A DNA stretch of 63,249 bases, the filler included, from Gonapodya sp. JEL0774 (taxonomy: Eukaryota), in assembly GCA_027604505.1 (NCBI GenBank). It is 12 parts of 12 records of this genome, joined end to end, with 100 filler letters (N's around TTAATTAATTAA, not from the genome) between each part and the next. Parts side by side here need not be neighbours in the genome. Positions count along the whole stretch, not along the records: positions 10,598 to 15,790 come from JADIIX010000765.1; positions 15,891 to 21,077 come from JADIIX010000766.1; positions 21,178 to 26,359 come from JADIIX010000767.1; 9 more parts are not named here. One strand, 5' to 3'. Under the pieces are notes generated by a model, which made no database searches, had not been told where the DNA came from, and saw only the letters and a list, made by a program, of their open reading frames with translations. Positions 12,999-26,459 of this stretch are shown piece after piece (the stretch's first letter is position 1; every line of letters starts with the position of its first letter). A program made the translations under genes and the position numbers.

Positions 12999-14353
12999 GA
13001 TGCCAGATGATGCTACCCCGCCCGTCGCTCCCGCTCCCGTGTCGCCGAGTGTGTGATAGAAAGGTGGCCACAGCTCCGTGTTGGAGCTGCCCTTTGCGCG
13101 ACTTGATCGGAACCTCGAGCGAGACTGGCTTTTACTCCCTGGAGAGTACAGAAATTATCCGTGATCGTTGAACATCGTTGTGCCCTTCCGGTACATACAA
13201 CCTTACCTCGCGTACTTCGGGAACTCGTGACGGTTTCGCGGAGAGTTTCCCGTGCTACTGCCCCCCGTCACCCTGCGATGGATGATGGACGATGCAATGA
13301 AAGAGTGAATGAAAATTGTGATCGGTAGGGGCTGGGTCTGAAGTCGCTTTTGGGACATCCCTTTCCAGTCACGCGCCCGGCCCGAAGATGCTCGTGTTCG
13401 TGTTCCTCCCATCAAAGAGTCGGAGAGACGTCGAAAATATATCCTCATTAAAAGTGAAGTGGAAAAGGGCAAAAAGCCGCGCGGAAACGGAATCGGAACG
13501 GCCCGTTGCGCCGGGCTGACTCGGCGATAACATATCAGTCGCCGGGCCGGGCGAAACTGTCGAGCTTGCACCTGGCGCTGGCCTGGTCGGATTCCCGACT
13601 CGACTTGTCACTGGAGAGTCTTGCTTTCCCGTGTGGGTGCGAATACGCGGATTGCCCAATGCAGAGCCTAGCTACTAACTAACCCGGACGCGATGACCAC
13701 GACGTGCCACCAGGTCCATAACGCACCTGCCCACACCCCGTTTGTCTGTTTGATTGTGATCCGACCACCGACCCCGAGCTCGACCCACCGCGCCGCCCAA
13801 AAAAGACCGGCATGCATCGTGAAGGCCGCACGGGCCCCTTCCCCTTCCGCCCGAGTTCCACACGCACGTGACTTTCGGGATGTTTGTGTTGGTTTGTTCG
13901 GTCGGTCGGTCGTGCAGTCGTCGGTCGTCCGTCGTTGTTCTTGTTCCTCTGTGTGATTTCAATTCGTCCGTCGTAGAGCGCACGTTCGTTCCGTCTCAAC
14001 ATACATATAATGGTCCTGACCACGCATGAACGTCTTGCCTAAGTACGTACGTACCATCTCTGTGATATGTATCGCACGTATTCGTGCCACCCCGCCACCG
14101 CGATCGAGTCAAATCAAATCACAGAGCAAATGTAAAACCGCACCTAGAGTTGGGTACGTCCGCAAAAAAAGGCCCGATTCTTTTCGTGGCGTCTGAACTC
14201 CGACGGGGAGGAGAGAACCCCGCCCGGGGGACCGCTGTGGTGCATGTACTCGTGTGCAGTCCGTGGCCAGCGGTCGACGTTATATGCAAAAGTATGTATG
14301 TATGTACAAAGTCTCTTCCACCTTCCCCTCTCCGTGCCTCCCCCCCTCCCCCT

Positions 14354-15436
14354 TCAATCGTAGTCCCCACCACCACCCCCTTCCTCGCCACCCCCACCGC
14401 CGACGGCCTCGTAATCGTCGTCCCAGACGCCTTCCTCGACGTAGTCGTTGTCGTCTTCTTCGAGCTCTTCGTCGTAGTCCTCTTGGTCCAACAAAGGGTC
14501 CGCGTCGTCGAGAGGGTCGTCGGGGAGCTGGAGGTGGATCACCCGTTGGTGGCCCGTGGTTCGAAATATCTCGATGGAGACCCCGACTCACCTTCCCCTC
14601 CTCGTTGGCGTACTTCGCCAAGTACTGCGCCAGTTCCTCTTTCCCCATCTTGTCCATCTTGGCCTTTTTGTGCGCCTCGATTCGCTCCGTGCGTCTCTTC
14701 GAGGGGTCGTGCACTTCGTGGAGCTCTGCGGGAAAGAAGGACAGGTCGGTGGAGATGGAGGAGAGTTTGTGGGTAGGGTGGCCTGGGGAGCGGTGGGGTG
14801 ACCGGGGTGTGATGTTTACGGGAGGGTGAGTGGAGGACGCGAGGGGAATTGAATGCCCCCGCCCGTGGTCGAGGTGGAGGTGCAGATGCAATTTCAGTCG
14901 ACCGTAGTCGAAGCAAAATGAAAAATACCCGACTCAGGCGTCTCTTTCGAACCCGCACACACCGTACCGCTGTGTAGGTGTTGATTCAAACTCACCTGCC
15001 CTCCTCTCTTCCGCCGACACGAGGTAGTACGGGGAGTGTCTCACGGCGGCTTTGATCCTCCTGCCGGCGTTGATGATGTGGAGCATGTCTGGTGTGGATG
15101 GGTCGAAGGGGAGGGGGAGTTCGATGGGCTGTGGGGTGAAGGGGGGGGGGTTTGAATGGAGGGGGATATAGAGGTGGGAAAACAAAACCAACGACGGACA
15201 CATTCCGCGAGAGAATCGAACATGTGATGGTCGTGGATGGGAGTGGGAACAGATAATAGCGCGAGTCCCCCCCACCAAAACAAACGTACCGGCTGCCCGT
15301 CCTCGCTTCCCAGCCCTGCCCCTGCCCCGACGAACACCGGGTTCTGCGCATCCGCCAGATCCCCCAGGGATGGGAATTTGGCCGCGGAGGATGCACCGCC
15401 ACGGGATGCGCCGCCGCCGCCTCGGCCGCGGGACAT
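14354..15436 (-). CDS. RPC31: RNA polymerase III subunit Rpc31 (RPC7/POLR3G)
   Basis: MSRGRGGGG start, RHSPYYL, FFPAEL, acidic tail with DDNDY; multi-exon. Confidence 0.85.
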
Positions 15437-15569
15437 GGGGAGTGATGACTTCTGTGTGTGTGTCAAGGAACGTTCGGTGGTCGGGGGAGGGCGTGACCAC
15501 AGCAGGATGTGACCACAACGGACCACGGTTTTCCTTGGTGAACCTTGCGACATTGAACGAACGATCGCA

Positions 15570-15790
15570 ATGGACACGCAAACGATTCCTCCTTCCATCC
15601 CACTCGCACTCCCACCACAACTCCAACCCCCGCTCCCTCCTTCACCAATACCTGGCACCGACTCCGACTCCGACCTCGAACCTCCCAACCACGCAGCTGT
15701 CCGATTCACCCTCGAACTCGAGTTCGTCCAGTTGTTGGGGAACCCGGCGTACCTCAGATGTGAGTTCTATGGTGAGAGAGTGGAGTAAAA
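15570..15790 (+). CDS. MED31: Mediator subunit 31 (Soh1), first exon
   Basis: RFTLELEFVQLLGNPAYLR followed by GTGAGT donor. Confidence 0.88.
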
Positions 15791-15890
15791 NNNNNNNNNN
15801 NNNNNNNNNNNNNNNNNNNNNNNNNNNNNNNNNNTTAATTAATTAANNNNNNNNNNNNNNNNNNNNNNNNNNNNNNNNNNNNNNNNNNNN

Positions 15891-18800
15891 ATCATTCTTT
15901 AACCTCCAAATATTCAAACTTGAGCAGGAAAACTATCAAAAGGAGGGCATACGTGAGTGTGCTGTGCGGAGCCTTTATGGGAAATTCACTTATGCATATA
16001 TGACGTATTAGCTTGGCAATCAATTGAATTCGTGGATAATCAGCCATGCATTGATCTTCTGTGCAAGAAACCAATTGGACTGCTCTCACTTTTGGACGAG
16101 GGTGAGTGACCAGGCTATCTTTGGACATTAAATGGGGTTGCCGTCTTACAGCCTCTTCCAGAATCGAATTTCCCCAAAGGCACCGATGCCTCCTTGCTCG
16201 CCAAGTTCAACAACACGCACGCCAAAGATGTTTACTATGTGAAACCTAAAACCACAGGGTCAACTTTTGGCGTAAGGCATTTTGCTGGAACGGTTACCTA
16301 CCTGATAGACGGATTCTTGGACAAGAACCGTGATACGCTCCGACAAGATCTACTCGATCTGGTATCCTCCAGTGAAGTGACATTTGTTGCTGAACTCTTT
16401 GCTAGTCCAACCATCGACGTTGTCGACCATTCGGGAATCGCTGCCGTTTCCCGTAAAATGGCATCCACTGGGAGCTCGGGAACTGTCCGGGGAAAGAAGA
16501 CATCGACCTTGGGTGCCCAGTTCAATCAATCCCTTGGGGATCTCGTGGGAACGCTGACTGCATGCAATCCGTTCTTCATTCGATGTGTCAAACCAAACAA
16601 GGTAAAAAAAGCTGGTTTAATTGAAGCAGATATGGTTTTCAGCCAACTTCGGTGAGTTTATACTGTGTCTCATCGTCATAGACATTCGTTGTAAGCACGC
16701 AAATCTGCAGGTATTCGGGGATGTTGGAAACTATCAAGGTACGGAGCGCAGGTTACTCTGTGCGAATAAAATTTGAGGATTTGGTGTCTAGGTGGGCTGT
16801 TTATATACATTTGGCGAGAATACACAGAGCTGACCTTGTTCCTGGCTAACCAATTGATAACTGAATACCGCTTTTAGGTATCGCGTGTTGTGCCTTGATG
16901 TGAAAGCGATGCCTCTTAGAGAAGGGAGCATGAGGCTTCTCGAAATCGTTGGGTCGGATCTTCAAAAAGCATGGTGTATCGGGAAAACGATGGTATGCAT
17001 CTCTCAAGACGTGCAAACAATTAAGGTCCCATAAAGCATGGTTTTCCCACAGGCGTTTATGAAGAATGCGGTTGAAACGAAACTCGAAACCCTACGTGCG
17101 ACAGCGTTGACCGTATTTGTGGTCAAATTACAAACCTTCGGAAGGATGGTCGTTTACCGGAATCGGTACAAGAGGACTGTTCACTCAATTGAGGTGATTC
17201 AGCGCTGTATGTTTGCATCCTAGTTTTCAGAGAACCCGAAGTGACATTGACATGTTTCGCACTACAGTTACTAGGAAAGTCGCTGCGCGAAAGCGTCAAG
17301 TCCGCTTCAGGAAAGGTGTCATCAAGTTCCAGGCTCGTGAGTGGCATTATAATTGTAATTCCTTTTATTCCTTTTTAGAATGTATTTTTGACGTACATGA
17401 CATAATCGCGAGCAGTCTGGCGAGGTCACAGGGATCGCAAGAAATTTAGTGCGCAATTGGAGCTCCACCGAGCCGAGATTCGCCAAGCCGAGGCAGAGGC
17501 ACTAAGGGCAGCGGAGGAGGAAGAAAGGAAACATCAACAAGAAGATGATGAAGATCGTAAATTGGATGAAGAAATGAGTCGTCTTGCAGAGGAGGGTGAA
17601 GCGTTCGCTAAACAAGCTCGACAACTTCGAGACACAGAATTGAATTTGCCCAGCGAATCCGCCGCAGATGCTGCTAAGTTAAGTAACGGAGCTGAGGTAA
17701 TCGAGGGCGATGATCTACTCTCCGAAGACTTAGAAGGTCTTCCTGAAGAGGAAAGGATCAGGCGCAAGGAACTTTTGGATTATCTCGAAGCAAGCCAAGG
17801 AAAGAGAACCGAAAAAGCAACTTTGCGTCTAAAGCGAACAAGAGCGTCGGTTAACGGATGCCCGCTTCCGGATGACTTGGAAAACGTTATACAGAACAGC
17901 AACAGTCCGATGATTGAACCTCTCATCAGTGATAACTTTTTGCAGCTCAGCCAATTGGACAATCCCCAGGACCGATCAGATGATGATGAGGCTATTCCCA
18001 CGATAAATTCTGTTGAGGATCTCCCGGCATCGCGTCGAGGAACTCTGCGGGGTGGAGAACGGCCCCTCTCTTCCCAGGAAGTTCTGTCATCGACTGGCCT
18101 TTCCAAGTACGCTCGAGCCTATTTCCGGGAAGGACAAACCCTTCAGTATTCAAAGGCTCCCATCAAAGCGTCGCTTCACAAACTCTCGTCAGCAGCGTCC
18201 TCCATCGCTGTGGAGCTTTACAAAGTAATTGCTCAGTTCGTTCGTACCAAAACACTCTCAACTTCAGAGAGTTTTCACTACATCAACTACATAGTTGGGA
18301 AAGTCGCCGGAAAGCAACAGCTGCAAGACGAGATCCTTTGTCAGGTGTGCAAATTCGCGAACGGATCAATGGCAGCCCGTGCGTGGCGTTTGCTTGGACT
18401 GCTACTCGCATGTATTGCGCCGTCCTCTGCTCTCATGAAGTTCTTGCCAAACCACATTTCTTCTTGTGCACCGGAGGAGTATCAACCATGGCTTCACAGG
18501 CAGTTGACCCGGATTTTTATATATGGGAGTCGTCGCTGTGGAATTTCGTCTGTGGAGCTCACGTCTGAGGAGTCTGGGCGGCCATTGCTTTTGGCGGCCT
18601 CTTTTGTTGACCATCAAGCTAAAATCTTTGAAGTTGAGAATACCACAATTGCTGAAGAAGTCGTGCGTAGTCTTATTCTCGAGAAAGGACTTTCCAGTGA
18701 GGAGTTTGGGTACGTGTTGGTGATTTCCGAGGGCTCGGAAGGTGAGAGCGATTCGTGAATTGCAGCTTATGTTGAGTCAAGGTCGCTCGCTGACATCGGC

Positions 18801-21077
18801 AATACGGATGGTACAAGTGATTCGACTCGAGAGTCAAGATTATGTCCTGGATGTGCTTGCGATGTTTGAGCGTCGGGGTGTTTCCGCTTTTCAAGGATCG
18901 CATCCTTGGAAATTGCAAATACGTAAAGGATACATTCTCCCGAGCCAACGCTTTGACGATGAGCTTGATGTGGAATTGACATGCAAACAGATCATACAGG
19001 ACCTTGATGATCACGTCTGGTCTCCCGACGAAGCTGCAAGGATCCGAGCCATTGCGGATACTGGTGATAAACTGCAACTCATCGAGGCAGCACTTGATTC
19101 TCGAGTATTCTATTACTCTCAACTTTGGCGCGCTAAGGAAGCAAATTTTGACTCAGATCATTTATTTTTTTGCGTGGATCATCACGGTTGTCATTTACTC
19201 GACGCATCGGATGCAACAGAGCCGAAAAGGGTTTTGATCACGTGCAAGTATGACGATATGGTGATCGTAGAAGCCCGGAAATCCAGTCTGCACATCGAAA
19301 TGCAGGGAAAATCATACGAGTTCTCACTCAAGGTGCGGGAAATCTCCATACTTCTCGATGGGGTTTGTGTTTGACGTTTGAGATCAAAAGGGACTTGCCG
19401 TGGTGGACGCAATTTACTCGTACCTGATTCCGCTGCAAGAGATGGCGACATTCGCGGTTGCATTACACGACTTTACTGCCACCGCTTCGTATCAAATCAG
19501 TCTTAAAAAGAATGATTTAATTGAGGTGCTCGAGCGTGATCCCGAAAATGGCTGGTGTAAGGGTGCAGTTCGGGGTAAAGATGGATGGTTGTAAGTTCAA
19601 CTAGCACTGAGGTGATTCTTAGTCAAGTTCAAGCCCTTACGTTCCCATTTCGATAGCCCCATCGAATACGCGGAACTCCTTCTGGACCCAGTCGAACCTA
19701 ATGAAGACGGTAAAGTTGATTTTCGGGCGGCAGCCGCGGTGAGAGCAGCAGAACTCGAAAAGGTCATCAAAGAATCGCCGCCTGCTACGAATGATATGAG
19801 TGGGGAGAATGAAACGTCAAGCACTTCGCAAGCTGACCAACCTTTGGACGAGCGGTTCTCCATGGTTAACTACGCTAGGCAGAATTTCGAAATAGAGAAA
19901 AGTGCGGTACAAGCAATCAAGGCGACACTCACTGGAACTCTTCGGATGCGCTTCACCGCAATGGCAAACGGGGAAGACAAACATGAAATGGAAGATGAGC
20001 CAAAGTGGGACGAAAAGGAACTCTGCGCCCGAATTCAGTTCCAATCGGTGACTAAACGACTTTAAAAGTGTTTGTGCATTTTGCAATTATCATTGATGCC
20101 AATCTCGATAGAATCCGATAAAAATGCCCCTGACAACACTAGTGGACCCTTCGGACAGCCGACTTGCGCTCGAACTATTTCAGCACATTATGTATGTTGT
20201 GACGTTTTGATATTATTAGTCTCTCAGTTACCGTATATATCGTTGGGCAGGATTTATTGCGGCGATCTTCCCACCAAAAAGCCGCGTGTCCAAGCGGCTC
20301 TCTTTGTTGCACAATCGGGCCTCCAGAACGAAAGGATCCGGGATGAAATATACTCTCAGCTTGTGAAACAAGCCACATCTAACAAAAGTGCGAAACCGTA
20401 TGTGCTCCACAAACTGCTGTTTTAAAGTTTATTTGTTGCTCAGTAAATGCCTGTCCCCAGTGATAGTTTGAAGCGCTGCTGGTGAGAATCTCTGATTCTT
20501 TTTACGTAATTCGAAAAGCATCTGGAATTCTGCTCTACATAGGGACCTCATAACGATTTGTTGCACCTTCTTCTGCCCGTCGCCTGTCCTGGAGCCATAT
20601 CTGCGGTACTTCTTGTTTTCAGAGAAATCCAAAGAGTATGGCTCGATCTCTCAGGATTGTGACTCCCGCCTCGCAAAAACCAAGTACAGTCCGAGAAATT
20701 TACCACCGCAAGCGGATGAAATTGCGTCCATCGAAGTAAGGCTTCTGCTGCTAAATGCTTTCTCGTGTGATACATCCTAGATGAAACGGATCTGGCCTTT
20801 GTATTAACACACAGAGTCGCAAACATATGCCCATCAAGGTCTACTTCCCCGAAGAAACATGCAAGACCTTTTTGTTTGACAGCCATACAACAGCCAAAGA
20901 TATTCTTCGCAAAGTACAGGACAAGTATGACATCGATTCAGAAGCTGTGGACGAGTACGGTCTCTTTGTGCGCGTGAACAATCAAGTTGGACTACCTATT
21001 CTTCCTACCGATAAGATGATGGATGTCGTGTATCTGTCAGATTTACTCGTGGGTCTCGAAGTTACCGCGGATGTGTC
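15891..21077 (+). CDS. Unconventional myosin: motor-3xIQ-charged helix-MyTH4-FERM-SH3-MyTH4-FERM (class VII/XV/XXII-like); both ends off-contig
   Basis: Motor DNQPCIDL..GLLSLLDEE, FGVRHFAGTVTY, PFFIRCVKPN, QLRYSGMLETI; MyTH4 LQDEILCQV..RAWRLL and RDEIYSQLVKQ; SH3 AVALHDF..GWCKG; FERM IKVYFPEETCKTFLFDSHTTA. Confidence 0.92.
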
Positions 21078-21600
21078 NNNNNNNNNNNNNNNNNNNNNNN
21101 NNNNNNNNNNNNNNNNNNNNNTTAATTAATTAANNNNNNNNNNNNNNNNNNNNNNNNNNNNNNNNNNNNNNNNNNNNAATCTCAACGCTGATTTCGTCTA
21201 CAGGTGCGCCAGGAGGAGGTGTATACGAAGCTGTCGCGATGCGCTCCATTGGGACGGTCTAGATTGGGAAGCGATTTGTCAGTGAAAATCTAACATGAGA
21301 GAACCAAACGTTGTCTACCATATTCGTGGTGAGAGAACGCGGTCAGGGAAACGAGAAATGCTGAGCTTCCTCGAGGGCACTTTCTCAGATGGTGATGGCC
21401 GTCAGTTTGAATTCATGGAGTGGGGGACAAAAGCAGGGTGTTGCTCGATAATTTGCGTTTTTCGTAGGCGCGGCATCCTCGATAAAGGTACCGAAACCCC
21501 AGCGTCAAAACGATTTACAATAGATTCAGATTAAATGTAAAGCATAAGTAGATGAGTACATATACAGATATTGTTCTGAGTCGCGCTATTCCGCCAAGGC

Positions 21601-22802
21601 TTATTTTACATATTCAATGTTGAAAGAGGTTGTTGGTACCTGCAAGGAAGGCAAAAGAGACTCACTGTAGACTGCCAGGAAATGAATGCGGTCTGAAACA
21701 GTAGAAAGCTCACGGTTTAGGCTGGCTGGCTGGGTGCCAACGCTTTTCTGGTCGTGATTCGAGAGACCAGCCGCTTCCAAAGGCTCGGTGCATCTCGATG
21801 AGAGCTGCGACATCAAAATCAACGTGAGCATAGGTTGCATAGTTCTGGGACAATAATAACTCACGCTCCGATCCATGGAGATGTGCCGGTGGCCTTCCGG
21901 AGTCGCAAATTCCCCCATGTCGCATCCGCAAGAGCTCTCGCCAGCGATGCTCGACGAGGTTTTACTGGCGTTGAGGACCTTTCCAACTCCGATTTGACGG
22001 AAGAATCATCTTTGGAGCCTCCAAACTCCGGGGTGTTTCTTGCGGGCTCATGGCCCATGAGAACGCGCAAGAACACGCTGCGCCTCTTTTTGTTCCGGTA
22101 CGATCCCGAACTGATCAATCTCCTTCGCCGGGCAGCGACAGATTCAGGTGCAATGTCCAGCGACACAGACCTCACAGGGACTTCCCACTGTGGGACATTG
22201 TCCATCACGGGAACAACCTCTATAGAGGTTATTGTCCGTGCTAAAGAGGGAAGAGTTCGAGTTTCGAGTTGCCCTTCGTCCAACGGTGGTGTTGAATGTA
22301 TCGAGGAGTGTTGAGAGGGTCGCCGCGGTCGGGAAGGTGATGACAGAGAGTCCCTGGTATCCGATCGAGGCAGAGATATAGTTGCTTGGCGACTGTGATC
22401 TTGAGTTACATGGTTCGTATCTCGGAAATTCTGAATGAATTAAAATTTCCTCACATAACCGAAGGATTTTCTGGCCACGATGATTACAAATGCGGCACTC
22501 ACTGATGAAGAAAGAAAGACTTTGACTGTGATGAGCTTTCTCTCGTGTCCTGCCAGCAGTTTCTCGACGTCTGTATCATCGTGCAACTGAGTGAGAGTTC
22601 CTCTGATGTCGAAGAAAAAGCGCAAGTCCGAGTCTTTCAGTGATTCAGGAACACGACACTGGAGGACTTGATGTAGGTCGCTACCGCAAAAGTGACCGGG
22701 GTGGCGCATGCGGATGGCAATGTTCGGAAGTGCAGGCATATCGGGGAACTGGAGGCAAAGTTGCCAGTCCCCCATACCGGCCAGAGCATCTCGCGAGGGC
22801 AT
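21601..22802 (-). CDS. Hypothetical protein with N-terminal PB1/ubiquitin-fold-like domain and Ser/Arg-rich region (ends approximate)
   Basis: LRFFFDIRGTLTQLHDDTDVEKLL..ITVKV resembles the PB1 OPCA region; spliceable downstream exons. Confidence 0.45.
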
Positions 22803-23716
22803 AGAATCGACCACCAAACTTCAAATTAATTGGGGTTTCGTGTAGAGTGATGAGCTCGGGTCCTTCCTGATGGATGAAATCTCCTTTCAGAACGGGTAGT
22901 GCAGAGGCGCGAATATCGAAGGTGGCGATGGGATTGAAGATTCAACCCTGCGTCAGCCTACACGTGGGGTCTCAGCCCCTGCTGAGAGTAAAGTGAGCCT
23001 GGTTGTCTTCTCTGGGGCAGTGAATGTATGTCGCTGCCGAAAGTGGAGTGCGGCAGAGGGAACAAAGGGAGGCATTCCACACACCAACCGCCAGGGTCAA
23101 ACGATCACTTTATCCGAATTTGGTTCAAAAACCTGCAATGACCAAGAACATCAAAAGAGCTCTGGAGAGTATATGAGGTACATTCAAGCATGTAGGCTCT
23201 CGTCGTCATCGTACTTTGCCTTTACATGAGGCCGCTTCTATAAGCGTATTGACTCACTTGAATGAAATTTGAAAATGTTTTTGTGTAATAAACTGGAATA
23301 TATATATCTTTACACTTGACGCGGCTGGAATTTACATTATTCATATCTCGGACCCAGGAGCGCGAAGTTGTGCCCATCATGTGTATCGGTGAACTATTTC
23401 CAGAAAGCACCAGACACGGCAAACATACCAGCTACTAGGTTGCATTAGCTTCTTGCTCAGCAATCTCGAAAATCGTATGAATCCGGAGGAACAGACGAAG
23501 TGATCGACTTCCCTAGTTTCCGTCGGAATTGACATCAGACCCAAATGAGCGTTTCATCAATCAGTTTCGTGAAAAGTTTGATGAGTTTCCATAATTGATC
23601 TCTCCGGCGAGAGGTGCGTCCCAAATATGTACAATCATCGTGGTGGGTCCAGCTTCCCTCCAATGGTGGGTTCACCTTGAGCAATCCAGACCGTTTTCCG
23701 GCTGCATTTTCCCATC

Positions 23717-25709
23717 ATGTCACCAAAACGCATGCGAATCAACTATGTTGGCGGGACGAAGATCCTAGCCCTCAAGAGCGACGGACTACCCCGATCGTTC
23801 GATGCTTTTCAAGACTTGATTGTATCGAAGGTTGCAGCACTCGAATCCACAGACAAAGCGTTGCTGAAGTTCACGTATCTCGACATAGATGGTGTGACTA
23901 ATATCGATGTCGAGGATGACGGCGATGTTGGCTTCATGCTGGAGAGTCTCGAAACAAGCGATTCGGTGGTCGTAAATGTCAGTGATCCTGGAGCACTGGT
24001 GAGCTATCGGAGGACCTGATTGTGTTTCAGGCTACTGTTTGGTTGATGTCTCAGTGGAAGCAAAACATCCTCCTTTGATGGCGCTCGCATCCCAGATTCT
24101 TGCCGATTCCCATCTTCAGAACTTTCGACAACCAGTTCGAGCCCCACCGAGCCCTGCTAGCACTGATGCCGCGTCAAGCCTTCACTCGCAGTCACAGTCC
24201 TCTGACACGCCACCCCGACGGCAAGACTCTTTACTCTCACTTGCTCGTTCAAGTTCCGCATCATCCCCAACCGGAACTGGCACGCAGGGCATTCACACAA
24301 CGTCAGTTCCTCTCAATATCCCAATCGCGGCCACCAACGAATATCGCTCCAACAGAAACGAGCCTGATGAGATTGACATCGGCGTAGGGGATGGGATTTT
24401 GGTGACTCTGATCCGTGACGACTATTGGGCCCATGGTGTGAACCTCTCCAGGGCTGATCGGGTTGGCGTGTTTCCGTGGAAGCACGTTTTTGGAATCGGA
24501 GCAGACACTGTTTCGCGTAGTACTTGGGAGGCACCTCGCCGAACGAAGTCGGCTGGACCATTTTCCGTGTCCCCATTGCCTTCATCCGGCAAAGTCTCCT
24601 CCTTCACACCCTATGATCTCGATCCTCCACCTTCTTCCGGACCCTTGTATGGCACTCCAGAGTCTTTTCGGCTGCATAGGCGAGGATCCAACGGAACCAC
24701 ACTCTCACACGACTTACAACACATCCATTTTTCGTCACCCTCTCGAGCAAACACAGTTCATAGCTCAGGCTTAGGCGTCCCAGCTGCGAGCATAGGCGTC
24801 CCCCCCGCCTCAGAGCCACCTGAAATTCCATCCGCCGATAATGATTCGATCCATACAGCACTTCTCGCTGCCGCCTCAACAGAGAACACGGACAGGATCC
24901 GTGTCGCGATCGGGGGGAAAGAGCACGTGTGGAGTCTGTCGTGGAGGAATGAGAGACTGGTTGGCGTAGATCAGCTGCTCGGTGCGTTGGGTACATCGGA
25001 ATGGAGTGTACAGCGAGGATGGGGGTACAAACAGGTCAGTTGGTTGCTTGCATCACCGGTTTGGGCGGACTTTCGGTTGAATGACAGCTTGCAACTTCTA
25101 AAGATCCAAAATGACCCCGCATATTGGTATCTGAAGTACGTGCCGCGGGAGCAGGATGTCAAAAAACATCCGGAATCAGGTTATGTACAATTTGTAGGTA
25201 CCACTTGCAGGGCTGACACATCTACGGGTATGACCTGCTGAGACTTCTTACGTTATTTCAGACCATTTTCTACAATGACAAAACCCTCTTCACCGCCGCT
25301 AACTCCAAACTCCGTGAAAAGGTGGACAATTTATCCAACCCCAGGTTTTTCGAAGAATTTCTGGAACGCCTACGTTCCCACAAAGACACTAAGAACGTGG
25401 TCACAGAATGGGCGTGCATTGAACCTCCAGCGGCATATGTTGGTCCCCATGCGGGTAAAGGAGACTTACATGTGGCGTTCGTAGTGAAACAACAGTGGGA
25501 TATCCTGAGCGGTAAGACAGCCAAGACAATATCCGCTTGGGTGCAAAGGCAATTGGTTTCCGGAGATTGGGGTGAGTCTGATGGTGCTTTTCGGTCGCTT
25601 GATCTCTGCGGCTTTATTCTGTGTGCCAACTCTTTCGTCACTCGATCATTCTATACAATTGTCAGCACAAGCGAGAGATGCCCGGAACTACCGGGTTGTA
25701 CGGCGGTAA
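23717..25709 (+). CDS. PB1-SH3 protein with an unrecognised Trp-rich C-terminal domain
   Basis: PB1 RMRINY..LKFTYLDIDGVTNIDVEDDGDV; SH3 IAATNEY..DEIDIGVGDGI..DDYWAHGVNL..VGVFP; GT-AG introns link the later exons. Confidence 0.75.
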
Positions 25710-26459
25710 TAAAGATGAAAACGAATGTTTGATTAGATGTCATGGCCCAGCATCTCTTACAATGTGTATCACACACCCTTTGCAGTGGGCGTATTATCTA
25801 CAATTGGTTCAGTACTAGTATTACTCAGTGTGCATCACCACATCTTCATTTTTCACGGGTTTCGACACCTTTCAGTTCGCCTTTCCAGTTTCCTCTAACC
25901 CTGCAATGGGGGGTGTTCCAGTAAATCTGGCTGGGGAGTCATCCATACCTGATGGGGTTTCCACTCCCCACCTGCAGATCAACAGAGATCGCATTCCATA
26001 TCTCAGCTTGGCATCTAGCGCTGTCACAACAAGTCCATTGAGAGGCGCGTGCAGTACAACAGAGGTGTATCCGAATCCAAACAGTGCATGAGGTGTGATG
26101 ATTTCGCCAACAGCATACTGGTAAAGAATGACCAGTGCCGCGGGGGTCCAAAACAGGAGACAAACAATTGCTAGTATTACTGAGATAAGAGCAAGTCGAA
26201 TATCTGCATATCGTTAAGAATGAGTTGAGAATGCCATAAATAGTGTGACGAATCACTACCGTGCACAATCTGCGTGGCGTCCCAGACAATAGAGTATTCA
26301 CCTGTTTGAAACTGAGTAGACTGGCGCCGGGATCTTCGAAGGGTAGATCGCAACCAACTNNNNNNNNNNNNNNNNNNNNNNNNNNNNNNNNNNNNNNNNN
26401 NNNTTAATTAATTAANNNNNNNNNNNNNNNNNNNNNNNNNNNNNNNNNNNNNNNNNNNN

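Noticed and set aside
14084..14958. Several long overlapping ORFs in GC-rich sequence
   Set aside because: Antisense or alternative frames of RPC31.
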